NCBI GenBank assembly: GCA_050273025.1
Contig: CP158635.1
Location: 26,598,001-26,662,000 of the forward strand
Reading direction: 5' to 3'
Origin: Cenococcum geophilum
Taxonomy: Eukaryota
DNA: 64,000 bases
In this document: positions 38,937 through 48,559 of the stretch, in pieces
Position numbering within the stretch: position 1 is the stretch's first letter
Layout of the letters: every line of letters begins with the position of its first letter
Notes under the pieces: model-generated
What the model was told of the DNA's origin: nothing
Seen by the model: only the letters and a program-made list of their open reading frames with translations
Databases searched by the model: none
Translations under genes and position numbers: made by a program

Positions 38937-41321
38937 CTAGAAATTATTAAGCTTATCTGTGTCAGAAGAGAATAGTCGATTGTACATTGCTGTTCCAATA
39001 TTTGGGTCCACCCGTTTTCGCAAATGCCTAACAAATGCACCTGCGACATCAAAACGTGGAGATCCAAGGTCGTTCGCATCACCGCCATATGGACGGCTAG
39101 CATGGTCGCCACTGCTCAAGTTCAACCAGGGGTAGAGGAAGCGAAAGCCTCTGCTCCCTTCCTTCTTCTCGCTACAGAACGTGTGTAGGATTGATCGCAT
39201 GACATCCATATCTCTCAACTTAAAGTTGATGTTGGGGTCCAGGCCAAGGGGAGGTTGCCGCGAGAACTCCAGGACAAGTGCAGCAACGCCGGCGGCTATC
39301 GGCGTTGAGAACGAGGTTCCAGTCATCCTTTTTATGCCACTCTTTTCGAGATCTGGTGGATATGCTGACAGGACGTCCTCTCCCGGCGCTGTAAATCTAT
39401 CTCCTTTGCTGTTCTCGTTGTCATTAGAGGCTGGGTTAAATCCTGAAGTCTCGCCCTCGCCATTCGCAGAATCAACGCTGATTACGTTATGTGCTCGCGC
39501 TGGGTACATCATGCCAGACGAATCTCTAATGCCGTCATTGGACGTTGCCGCAAAAACGAGGACGTGCTTCTCCTGGGCATACAAGAGCGCTGTCTTCAGA
39601 TGTCCATTATCATACTTCCATCCGAGAGAAATGGATATTATATCGGCTCCCTTTTCCACCGCATAGACAATGGCATCACTGACCGCTTTCTGATCGATTG
39701 AATCGCCGTGACGCTCCACCACCTTTAATATGGAGACTTCTGCATTCGGACAAACCTTGAGGAGTAACATAGACGTGTGCGTACCATGACCATTGGAATC
39801 TTTATTCCAGACTCCAGAATGTTCAAAACTCTTGCATTCTACTAGATGACCCCAATTGGAAGTAACAAGCTTCGGTGGTCTCTGAACCGGCGGTCCTGCA
39901 ATGCCTGTATCAAGGATGGCGATCCTAACTCTTTTATATTGCGAGTCTCCAACTTCGCAGTTCATATACTTGTTATTCTCGCCATATATAAATGGATGTG
40001 TTTTGGTCTGAATATCGTTGAACCAGCGATCAGACTTGGCCGCACTTTGGCATGGTTAGCATTGGGCCAATATAAAAGAACACAAATCGACATACGATGT
40101 ATTAACATCAGAGCTCCCCCCTAACAACCTACTTGGATCATTACTATCCGGTACAGCGTCGGCATACGTTTCATGCGTCAAATCACTCTCCGAAAAAGAT
40201 CGTTTCACATTTCTGTGAGGCTTTGAACCTACTCGATTTTGGTGAGTCAAAATCCCATGCATTGACACAACTAACTTACTCGCGTCTAGGGAGGCTTCAC
40301 TCTTTGATCGACCTGCATCTCCAAGGATTTCTGGGTTAGTGTTGGTCTCCTGGTGCGGACCAAACATCGCGCCTTGGTTCGGCGGTACATCAGCATCCCC
40401 TGCCACTTCGCGGCTTTGAGTTTCCCTTAACATCACCTCTCTTGCGTATACCTCTTCTTCTTTAGCCACCGCTGCAGGTACGCTACTACCGTTAATTAGA
40501 GAGTCGATTCGTCTTGTACCCGACGTCGACGTCGCATCCACATCGCTTCCAACCTCCTCGTTCGTGCGGTTTTCACCCCGTTGAGCTTCCCGAAGCCACG
40601 CCTCACAGAGGCCGATAACATCCATAACCTCCTGCGACTCTTCAATGGCCTCGTCGCGAGCCGTCCTCAAGCCTGCTTCAAGCAATGCGCAAGCCGCGCT
40701 GAACATACCCGTATGGAAAAACCCAATCCAGCTTTCAACCCAGCTCCTTGACATCCAGGCCGCAAATTCGGGCTCTTTCCTAAACAATTGCATAGTAATT
40801 CGCATCCAGATAGCTTTGGCCTCTTCCGCCTCGGCATCTCTGCCAATCTTGCGCAGGTCATCTGTTAGCCGGATATACGTTCGGGACTCGCCCAGCGGCT
40901 GTCTGAAATCTTCCCATACCCTCACACTCCCCCACAGCTTCGCGTTCTGGCGGTGATACATAATTGCGTTACTGGTATCGCCTATCTCAGAGAGGCTGCA
41001 CGCAAGCCGGTGCCGAGTATCCAAAACCCGCGTATACCCTGCTCGGCGCTCTTCCACAATGAGTACAAATCTCGCCAGTGTGTCGTCGTCGAGTTGACTT
41101 GCTTCACTGAACCGCTTTGTTGTGAAAAGCTCGTGTGCGATATTAACCCGGAAGTTTAGTGTATCATCGTTGCATTCACCGAGTTTGTCATGGAGATTTA
41201 CAGCTTCCATAAAAAGCGAAAACGCTATATCGTAGTCCTTTTTATCAAGACAAGCCATTGCTCGGTGATAGAGCACGTCGCATTCATTGTACAGCTCCGC
41301 TTTCCCTTCTTCAGTCTCCAT
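38937..41321 (-). CDS. TPR-like repeat / disordered linker / subtilisin-like S8 serine protease fusion (HET-Q2-type), ~777 aa
   Basis: A 51-bp intron at 40095-40045 (GTATGT..GCTAAC..AAG) joins the 421-aa and 342-aa ORFs in frame. S8 motifs are intact: RIAILDTG (Asp), NGHGTH (His), AATSND (oxyanion Asn) and GTSFSTP (Ser). There is no signal peptide. N-terminal helical repeats (DTLNFRVNIA..., VLDTRHRLA...) resemble TPR_10/TPR_12. Confidence 0.85.
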
Positions 41322-41886
41322 CTTTTCATCAGTATCTTCACGACTTAGGAATACTCAGAAATGAGGCTCGGAAAGTTGTAAGGCACGTTTCAGCCCGAAT
41401 TGTGAGGCTGCCTAAGTTCAGCGACCGCGTCGGCACGGCGAGATAAATAACGCGGCTGAGGCGCCTCTGAGGGCGGCTAGCTAAGGACACGAAAGCATTT
41501 GCCTTGCTTTAGGGACCGGGCCAAGGGTCGCCCATTGTTCTCATGTGGCGTTGTCCAGAGATTACAGGATGGCTGGGTGGGGTGGGGACAAATACCGTGC
41601 CGCCCCCTCCACTCGTATGGGGATGTAGGGTGGACGCGACAGCACGAGGCAGCTGACCGGGGGCCGGTCAAGGGGTTCTGGAATGGGATGGAATACAGAA
41701 GAGTTACAATGCGGCTGAAGTTTTCTGCAATATATTAGTCGCTAAAAGCTTTTCTCGCCCAGTTCCAGGCTTCGTTCTCCAATTTTGACTTTACTGAGCA
41801 AGCCGTACGGAAATTTTCACGTCTTATCGCTTGTTTTCTCTTAGTCTATTGAATCGCTTTATATCTATACTATTTACGCGCGATCT
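41322..41886. promoter_or_regulatory. Putative bidirectional promoter between the protease and gasdermin genes
   Basis: A 565-bp gap separates the two head-to-head ATGs. Inferred from gene geometry only. Confidence 0.45.
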
Positions 41887-42756
41887 ATGGCAGAAATCGG
41901 TTTCAAGAAGTGCTATTTCCTCGCTCCGACTCGGTACTATGCACCTGAAAAGCGTATAAAATTGGGCAATATCATTTCCAGCCCTACTGCGCCAGACGAA
42001 CCACTGAATGATCTACCATTCACTATAGATGTGGCAAATATAGAAGAGCACAGCGAGACCAACTGGAGCGTAAGCCGCGGAAAGAACAACGAGGTGAAAC
42101 TCGGCCTCTGGGCTTCCTTCCTGCAATTCATTCTAGGCATTGGTGGAGATGTGGGCGGGGGGCAGAAGACCGACAGCAGCCAGACTCTGCGCTGCGAGAA
42201 AGTCACTACACGGGAGTTTAATCCCTCGCGTGCGTTTGTGCAAGATTGCATACAGGATATCGGCGTGAAGGAGCATTTGGTGGAGAATAAACATCAGTAC
42301 GTGTTTGGAGGACACAGCTCAAAGAAGCTATACATGGTCACGGGTGTGAAAATTGCCTCGGGGGCTTCGTTGGTTGCAGAGGCTGCCAGACAGCGCAACA
42401 TCCATCTTCATCTGGGAGTCGATGGGACGCCAGCCGGCGTACCGGCGAGCGGGGGTCCAGAAGTCCAGGTCACCAGTGGAAGAACTGAAGTCGAGTCGTT
42501 TGATAGCTCGGACGTTTTTGTACTGGGCTTCAGGCTCAGACAGATCAAGGTTGGGCCGAAAGGCGATTTCAGCCAAAAGCAGTTCACAGATGGCTCGACC
42601 TTGGGTATGGAGGGTGACAAGGAAGCGGAGCAGATTGAAATCACTGTTGATGAATTTCCGGAAGGCGACACGCGAGGTACAGATGTTGGGAAGAGTGAAT
42701 ATGTTGTGATTGATGAGAGTGGTGGCGATGAGTGCCTTTGCGTTAATCCCACTTGA
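41887..42756 (+). CDS. Fungal gasdermin-like protein (RCD-1/HET-Q1 family), 289 aa
   Basis: Intronless ORF with family-like motifs YFLAPT..IKLGNII..P..PDEPLN, GLWASFLQ..GIGG, LYMVTGVKIASGA and FVLGFRLRQIKV. It ends in an acidic ~50-aa tail. Size and adjacency to an S8 protease fit the family. Confidence 0.85.
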   Translation: MAEIGFKKCYFLAPTRYYAPEKRIKLGNIISSPTAPDEPLNDLPFTIDVANIEEHSETNWSVSRGKNNEVKLGLWASFLQFILGIGGDVGGGQKTDSSQTLRCEKVTTREFNPSRAFVQDCIQDIGVKEHLVENKHQYVFGGHSSKKLYMVTGVKIASGASLVAEAARQRNIHLHLGVDGTPAGVPASGGPEVQVTSGRTEVESFDSSDVFVLGFRLRQIKVGPKGDFSQKQFTDGSTLGMEGDKEAEQIEITVDEFPEGDTRGTDVGKSEYVVIDESGGDECLCVNPT

Positions 42757-43289
42757 GCCGCATGGAATTATGCTTCAGGATAGATGGCATAATCAGTAAG
42801 CTTACTGTGAATGGGGGGGCAACGAAGTCTTACAAATGAGAGAATTGCGAGCTCCTTGTTGATAAAACCTAGGTATGAAGCAAGTGTGCGTATCAGGATA
42901 GAATGAAACCGCACGCATAGCTCTGCCCTTTGAGGTGCAAAGCTGCCCAGTCGTAGACAGTTAATAAATGCCTTTGCTGTTTGCTGCTTTGACGTCTCGA
43001 CTTTTGCCTCAATAAACTCGGCTGTCAACTTAGTATCCATAGAGAAATTATGATCCTTCATGAAGTCAACGAAACAATATTAGAAGCTTTTAAGTTCTTG
43101 CTTGCAAAATCTTTACTACACCCCAATACCGAGTCATAACGGAAAGGCTCCTACATGACCACAGGAACGTTATGAGCCCGTCGAGGCCATGTTGGCCAGG
43201 TTCAATCAGAAGCTGAAGACTCAGAGACATGCTCAATCACCAGGGGTATATCTCGAGCGATATTTCCTCTTGGACGAACTTAAAATGTT

Positions 43290-45632
43290 TCACCTCAGAG
43301 TAAACCACCGAAGTTTGTCTTCAAGTGCCTCTCGGTCTAAGTCAGCCATTGCCTCGCCATCCATTTTGCCGTAAACGTAAGCTTCCCCAATGAGTTCGTA
43401 ATGCATTTGATTCGTGGTGCTTCTGTGTCTTCTAAGGACTACAGGCACAGTGCAGCCAGCTAGAATACATATCAAGTCCCCATTTTGAGCGTTTCCGGGA
43501 GCGATTCCATAGAGCTGTTCTGACTTTGGCGCTGTATCTACGAAGCCGGGACGATCAGAAACCCCACTCACATTGCTGCCGCTTGCGCCATTAGTCTGGT
43601 TGCCTATACGGCTGCTGTGCCTACGGATGAGGAGTGGACGCTTGCAGGTGAGGAAGTCGTGCCCGTCCTGTTTGCAGTTCTCGCACCACAGGTTCGCCAA
43701 AAAGAACTGGCGGTTCCAAATTACGCTGCGGACCCTCTTTAGAAATTGCATCGTAATGTCCGAACGCGATTTCCTTTTTGATACGCGCGTGTATGAGACA
43801 TCCATATCATCGTTAACATCAGTGATGGCTATATCAGTCAGGCATTGCAAACAAGCCCTTCGATACCAGCCAGGTGGGTTTCCCCCATCTGAGCCTCGAT
43901 CTGCGACAAGAGTCCGCCATAGCTTATCGGGAACAAGGTTCTTTTCTGAACTGTCTGAACTCTTCCAGCCGCCGTACCGTAGCCAATCGCGATTAATCAT
44001 ACCGCGAATTATTCGACCAGAGCTGACGGTGATGCTTGCAAGTTGAAAGCCTTTCAAATTGAGAAGGCCACTGTATTCCTTGTTGCTAGGCATCTCATCA
44101 GGAGGACCATTCTCGTTAAGAGAACCAGTACTGCGACGCCGGGGGAGGCCAGGGGTCTGGTCTGCAGGACTTCGTGGCCCGAAAATGACGTCCTTGGCAA
44201 TGGTACCACGAGAGGCATTGTAGCATTTCCGAGAATCGCGATACGGAGCACCAACAAGACTATCCCCATTTCGGCGACCTTGGAGAGCATCTTCTGGTGT
44301 TCCGAAGGATGAATCGGATATCTTCAATATCCAAGATGGAAACTTTGCATCCTTAACATCTGGAGCCCAGTGTCTGCAAATGATGTCCACAGAACCGGAA
44401 GTTTTAATACACTGCTTTGTAAACTCGATGAATACTTCGATCGGGTTCCTTTTGTAATCGACCTCCATGATGAAGGGTGCATTTTTGGAATCTTCTTCAA
44501 CCAACGATGCATGACGATCGGTGCAGTACCTCTGCGGAGTGTCTCTTGCAAGAGATAATAAAGAGTAGATAGCGTCGTGGGCATTTGAGACACTGAAAAA
44601 TAGAAGACTCGACACTAATGTCTCTAAACCAACCAAGTGTTCTTGGATATCGCCGTCTGCTGACTTCCGCGCGAGGTTACTGATGGAACTGACGAGAACG
44701 ATCGCACCGAGCGCTTCGACGTCCGAGAGGGCATCCGGGCCACTGAAAAGGTTTTTGATTTGGTCCAGCTTCGTCAAGAAAAGTGCAACAGCATCGGCAA
44801 AATCGTTCCAATGGACTATCTTGGATCCACAGTGCACTGTCGCTCTTCTTGCAAGAGCAACTTCTTGTACCACCCACCTCCGACTAAACCATTCACATTT
44901 CATCAGGTCTGTTAATGCCTCCCATTTCGGAATTGACTCGCTTTGCTTGACAAGACTGTCAAATTTTTCAAGATTAACGATCTCCTGGATGAAGTCCATC
45001 GCGATATCCGTTTGTTTCAAACCTGGGCCTAGCCAAACACATACATTAGCGGCCGAATTATAGATCTCGGCCATCCTTTGCACCTGCTGCTTCTTTTCTT
45101 CCTCGCCGTCAGGTGTCTCTCTTTGATTTATGCAAATTGCATCAACCCATATAAAAACCGGCCTGTTCTCTTGCCGTAAATGTCGTAGTGCGCTGTTTAA
45201 GTTATCATGAATGAAGAATTGTTTCGAAATAGGGTCGTTAGGTTTTCCCTTGCCCATAGCATGATCAACAACAGCGGCGAGACTTGGCTGGGCGTCCACA
45301 ATGGTAATCATATTCTTTGCGCTCCCTGCATCGTTCGAGCCCCAATGGTACGAAAGAGCGTTGTACTTTTTTCTAACATCCTTCAGTGGTTTTATAAGCA
45401 TTTTACAGTTGAGCGGAGCTTCTTTGTTTCCTTTGGAAATCGAGAGCAGACGAATTTCGTCCCCTCTGAGTCGTGTATAATTATACCGGTTTCTAATCAG
45501 GTCCCTCGTTCTGCTTAAAGCTATAGCCCACTTTTCCTTGGGCTGGAGAAATCTCTGCCTGTTGTCGAATGGTGAAACAGGGTCCACCCAAGGGTCGGGC
45601 GGGAAACTATCGATGTCATCCTCGTCTGCCAT
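43290..45632 (-). CDS. HET-domain (PF06985) protein, HET-6-like, 780 aa, with an inserted CCHC knuckle
   Basis: Motifs YNALSYHWG, NLNSALRHLR, IWVDAICINQ, QVQRMAEIYNSA.NVCVWLG and WFSRRWVVQEVALA. C-terminal GDLICILAGC.VPVVLR..YELIGEAYVYG.MDGE. Confidence 0.92.
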   Translation of the reverse strand: MADEDDIDSFPPDPWVDPVSPFDNRQRFLQPKEKWAIALSRTRDLIRNRYNYTRLRGDEIRLLSISKGNKEAPLNCKMLIKPLKDVRKKYNALSYHWGSNDAGSAKNMITIVDAQPSLAAVVDHAMGKGKPNDPISKQFFIHDNLNSALRHLRQENRPVFIWVDAICINQRETPDGEEEKKQQVQRMAEIYNSAANVCVWLGPGLKQTDIAMDFIQEIVNLEKFDSLVKQSESIPKWEALTDLMKCEWFSRRWVVQEVALARRATVHCGSKIVHWNDFADAVALFLTKLDQIKNLFSGPDALSDVEALGAIVLVSSISNLARKSADGDIQEHLVGLETLVSSLLFFSVSNAHDAIYSLLSLARDTPQRYCTDRHASLVEEDSKNAPFIMEVDYKRNPIEVFIEFTKQCIKTSGSVDIICRHWAPDVKDAKFPSWILKISDSSFGTPEDALQGRRNGDSLVGAPYRDSRKCYNASRGTIAKDVIFGPRSPADQTPGLPRRRSTGSLNENGPPDEMPSNKEYSGLLNLKGFQLASITVSSGRIIRGMINRDWLRYGGWKSSDSSEKNLVPDKLWRTLVADRGSDGGNPPGWYRRACLQCLTDIAITDVNDDMDVSYTRVSKRKSRSDITMQFLKRVRSVIWNRQFFLANLWCENCKQDGHDFLTCKRPLLIRRHSSRIGNQTNGASGSNVSGVSDRPGFVDTAPKSEQLYGIAPGNAQNGDLICILAGCTVPVVLRRHRSTTNQMHYELIGEAYVYGKMDGEAMADLDREALEDKLRWFTLR

Positions 45633-47009
45633 AACCGCGATAGACTAATTACACGCTTTTGCACTCCCAAGTATTAGCATTGTTTACTACCACATAATCT
45701 AGAAAACTTACTGTCAAAACTTGATGAGATCAAAGCAAACTGTGTCCCAAAGATTGGCCGACCTTGGAGGCTGTAAGGCGAAAGGAAATTTATCTTCGTT
45801 AAGAAGGCGCTAGCTCATGGGACGCTTTGCCGGGCCATAAGTAACCAGAAAAAAAAGCGGCTGGAAAATGCTACTCATGCGCCAGCTCGAGCTGAAAAAG
45901 TGTGACCGGTCCATTAATACAGAAGCAGCACCTGCAGATAATAGCGTGGTACCCCTTCCCACGCTGGTTTACGTCGGCGCGTATCGATAAGGGTTTGGCC
46001 GATCGCAGGCTCTCATTCGACTAAGAGATACTCATGCTCGTAGGCTTGGCGCCAAGTGGACGCCAGCGTGGGAAGGGGTGATTCTGCAAGTTGAACCGCT
46101 GCGGGCATATGCCCCACAGTTGTGGCTGCAGCGTGCCCCTCATTGTCACCCTCCGCTCTTGATCGCCCTGCACTTGAATAGTGGAGCCGATAGTTGGGGT
46201 CTAGACGCTACCTTTAGCAGTCCTTCGAAGGAACTCATGGACGGATGCGTGTGATGACTGACCAGGGTTTGCTGCAAGTGGCGTTCGCCGATCACTCCGC
46301 CCTCGGTCGAATTGAGGTCGAATTGATATGGCCCCAAGCCTCAGCTGAGGTGGGGGGCAGGAAATAAAAAGTTTGACAAATGAAAATTTCTACAGCAAAC
46401 GAGGCTCCGAGGAAGTTACTTTCGACTCTAGGCTCGGCGCTTGTGAGGCACGGCTGGGATCTTTTGTGGTATCATATTTCTCGCGGAGAGGCACTGAAGA
46501 CACAAGGAAGCCAAGCGATCGGGCTCTTCGAAACCACATTTATGTATTATTGGACAATGCCCTGGGTCTACCCATAAGGTGCGCCGGAGAAAGGAGCCAA
46601 ATATTCAAGAAAGAAAAGGGAACAAAGATTAAAGAGGTAAGTTGTGATAAAAACTTCGCAGTGCCATTACTTGGCACCAAGTGAGAAGAAGTAATAATAT
46701 TCCGGCTTTGTCTATTTTGAAGGAAGAGTTACTTGAGGCTGTTCTGACTGATACTGGTGCACACAATATTCCGGAACATTTCTGCCTCCTTGCTATGCTC
46801 GTACCTCGATTGACCGAGTCGCTAACAGCTCGTTTATAGTTGCGATAGAGGCCTGGTGGTAGAGAGGGGTTCACTTAAATCGCTCACTAACGTCAATCAC
46901 GCAGTATGCGAAGTCAAATCTGACGCCTCATCTGGAGCCTTACCGAATTACCGAACGATCGACTCAATTACAGATTCAAATGAGCTACGGTAGTAGCCGC
47001 TACTAATTA

Positions 47010-47194
47010 CACCGTCTCGGCGCATCCGGTTGAAAGCACGTGTTGATTACGCTAACCAAAATGCGTACATTTGTACCCAAAAGTAGTTGAAAATACGTTA
47101 AAATTGCCGTGCTTATTGCTTCAAAAGGTATAAATTCTACCGTTTAATTACCAAAGATCAACACGCACTTTCAACCGGAGTTGACAAGGTGGTG
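47010..47194. mobile_element. MITE-like element with TA TSD
   Basis: TA|CACC...GGTG|TA. Subterminal inverted repeats TCCGGTTGAAAGCACGTGTTGAT and ATCAACACGCACTTTCAACCGGA differ at 2 positions. Confidence 0.65.
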
Positions 47195-47611
47195 TATGAA
47201 ACGGGCGACACTAAAAGGCGCTGGAGCTCATTTGCATTATCTCAGGTGCCTCAGCCGCTTCGTAGATGATTGGCAGGCCCGCATAACTTCTTACTAACCC
47301 TCAACTCCACGTGACCCAGCAATCCTCTGCGAAGCGTCTGAGAGCTTATGGGCGCGTGTTTGGTGCAACTCGTATACCATTTCCAACGTATATCAAATTC
47401 AAATAGCTATATTAGGGCTAATTCAGCAGCTATTGCTACAGTTCGCGATGCATTTACATTATAATCTCTCCTACTAATATATTCTAATTAATTAAACTAG
47501 CTAACTAACGTATTAGGGGGTAAAGTACAGCCTTAAAGTTTAAAGACGTATTTTTGAACCTGTATCCACCCAACTAGCTATATTAGAACCTTAATCGCAT
47601 TTTACCACCAT

Positions 47612-47694
47612 AACTTATTTTTCCCTAAGATTGGGTAAGCTACTTCTTATTATAGCTAAAAAGTAGCTTACCCAATCTTAGGGAAAAATAAGTT
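47612..47694. repeat. Perfect 34-bp inverted repeat with a 15-nt spacer
   Basis: 47612-47645 is the exact reverse complement of 47661-47694. Confidence 0.9.
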
Positions 47695-48559
47695 GTAGTG
47701 GGGAAGTTCTATCTTAAAAGCATAAGAAAACTATAAGGTGTAAGGGTGCAAAACGCGACCATTTCCCTCAGACCCTCGGAGAGGAATTGCCTCACACGTG
47801 CTCTAATTGGCTAGATCGCTTGCGCACGGTACCTTCCTTGGCAGAATTTTATGACAGAATTGTATAATATTCATAAAGTAAGAGGCGAATTCCCGGGTCG
47901 CAGCTGATCGTGGTCTCGGACACGTTGAACGTGGTCACCGATGGGGGTCGGCGAAAGCTGAGCGTGGTTACCGATGGAGCCCCCGGAAAAAGGTCGGCGG
48001 TACTACACTTTTACCCATACAGAACGCGCATCGGTAGCCACATTTGACTTAAGCGAACACACAAACTAAAATATCGAGAGCATATGCTCCGTATACACCC
48101 GGAGACATAAACACAGATATATACATACATCTATACCTATATATATACAACCGCATTTATATATACCTTACTATACCAATAACAAGTAAAAACTATACTG
48201 AAGTAAACAAGAGTATAGTAGGGTGGCTGAACGGTCTACAAGTCAGTATGTATAATTATATGCTAGGCATATGCTAAGGATACGCAGGTACACCAGAGCG
48301 TACCTAATATTAAACATAAAGATGATAGTTCTTAAGATAATACAATTAGTAGAGAGAGTATTAAAGATAAGGAGGGTAGGGAGGGTAAGGAGGGTAAGGG
48401 TTAAGATAGTATATAATAGCAGTTTCTATTTTATATGGGTCTCTCTAAGGTAAGACTATGTATAACACTATATATAGGCCATATATATACTAAGAATATC
48501 CAGAGCACACTCTAAGACTATGGAGCACTTATTAGCTCTAATAGTAAGCACTAAGTTAT

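Noticed and set aside
39181..45518. Many overlapping antisense or alternative-frame ORFs across the protease, gasdermin and HET genes
   Set aside because: They are shadows of real coding sequence and have no motifs.
46146..46874. Short ORFs upstream of the HET gene, considered as a possible fourth cluster member
   Set aside because: No coherent exon chain or domain was found. A gene relic cannot be excluded without BLASTX.
25000..47000. Idea that the whole gene island is cargo of a Starship-type giant element
   Set aside because: No DUF3435 tyrosine recombinase captain or boundary repeats were seen, and the island holds core genes (ERV41, Yox1-like).
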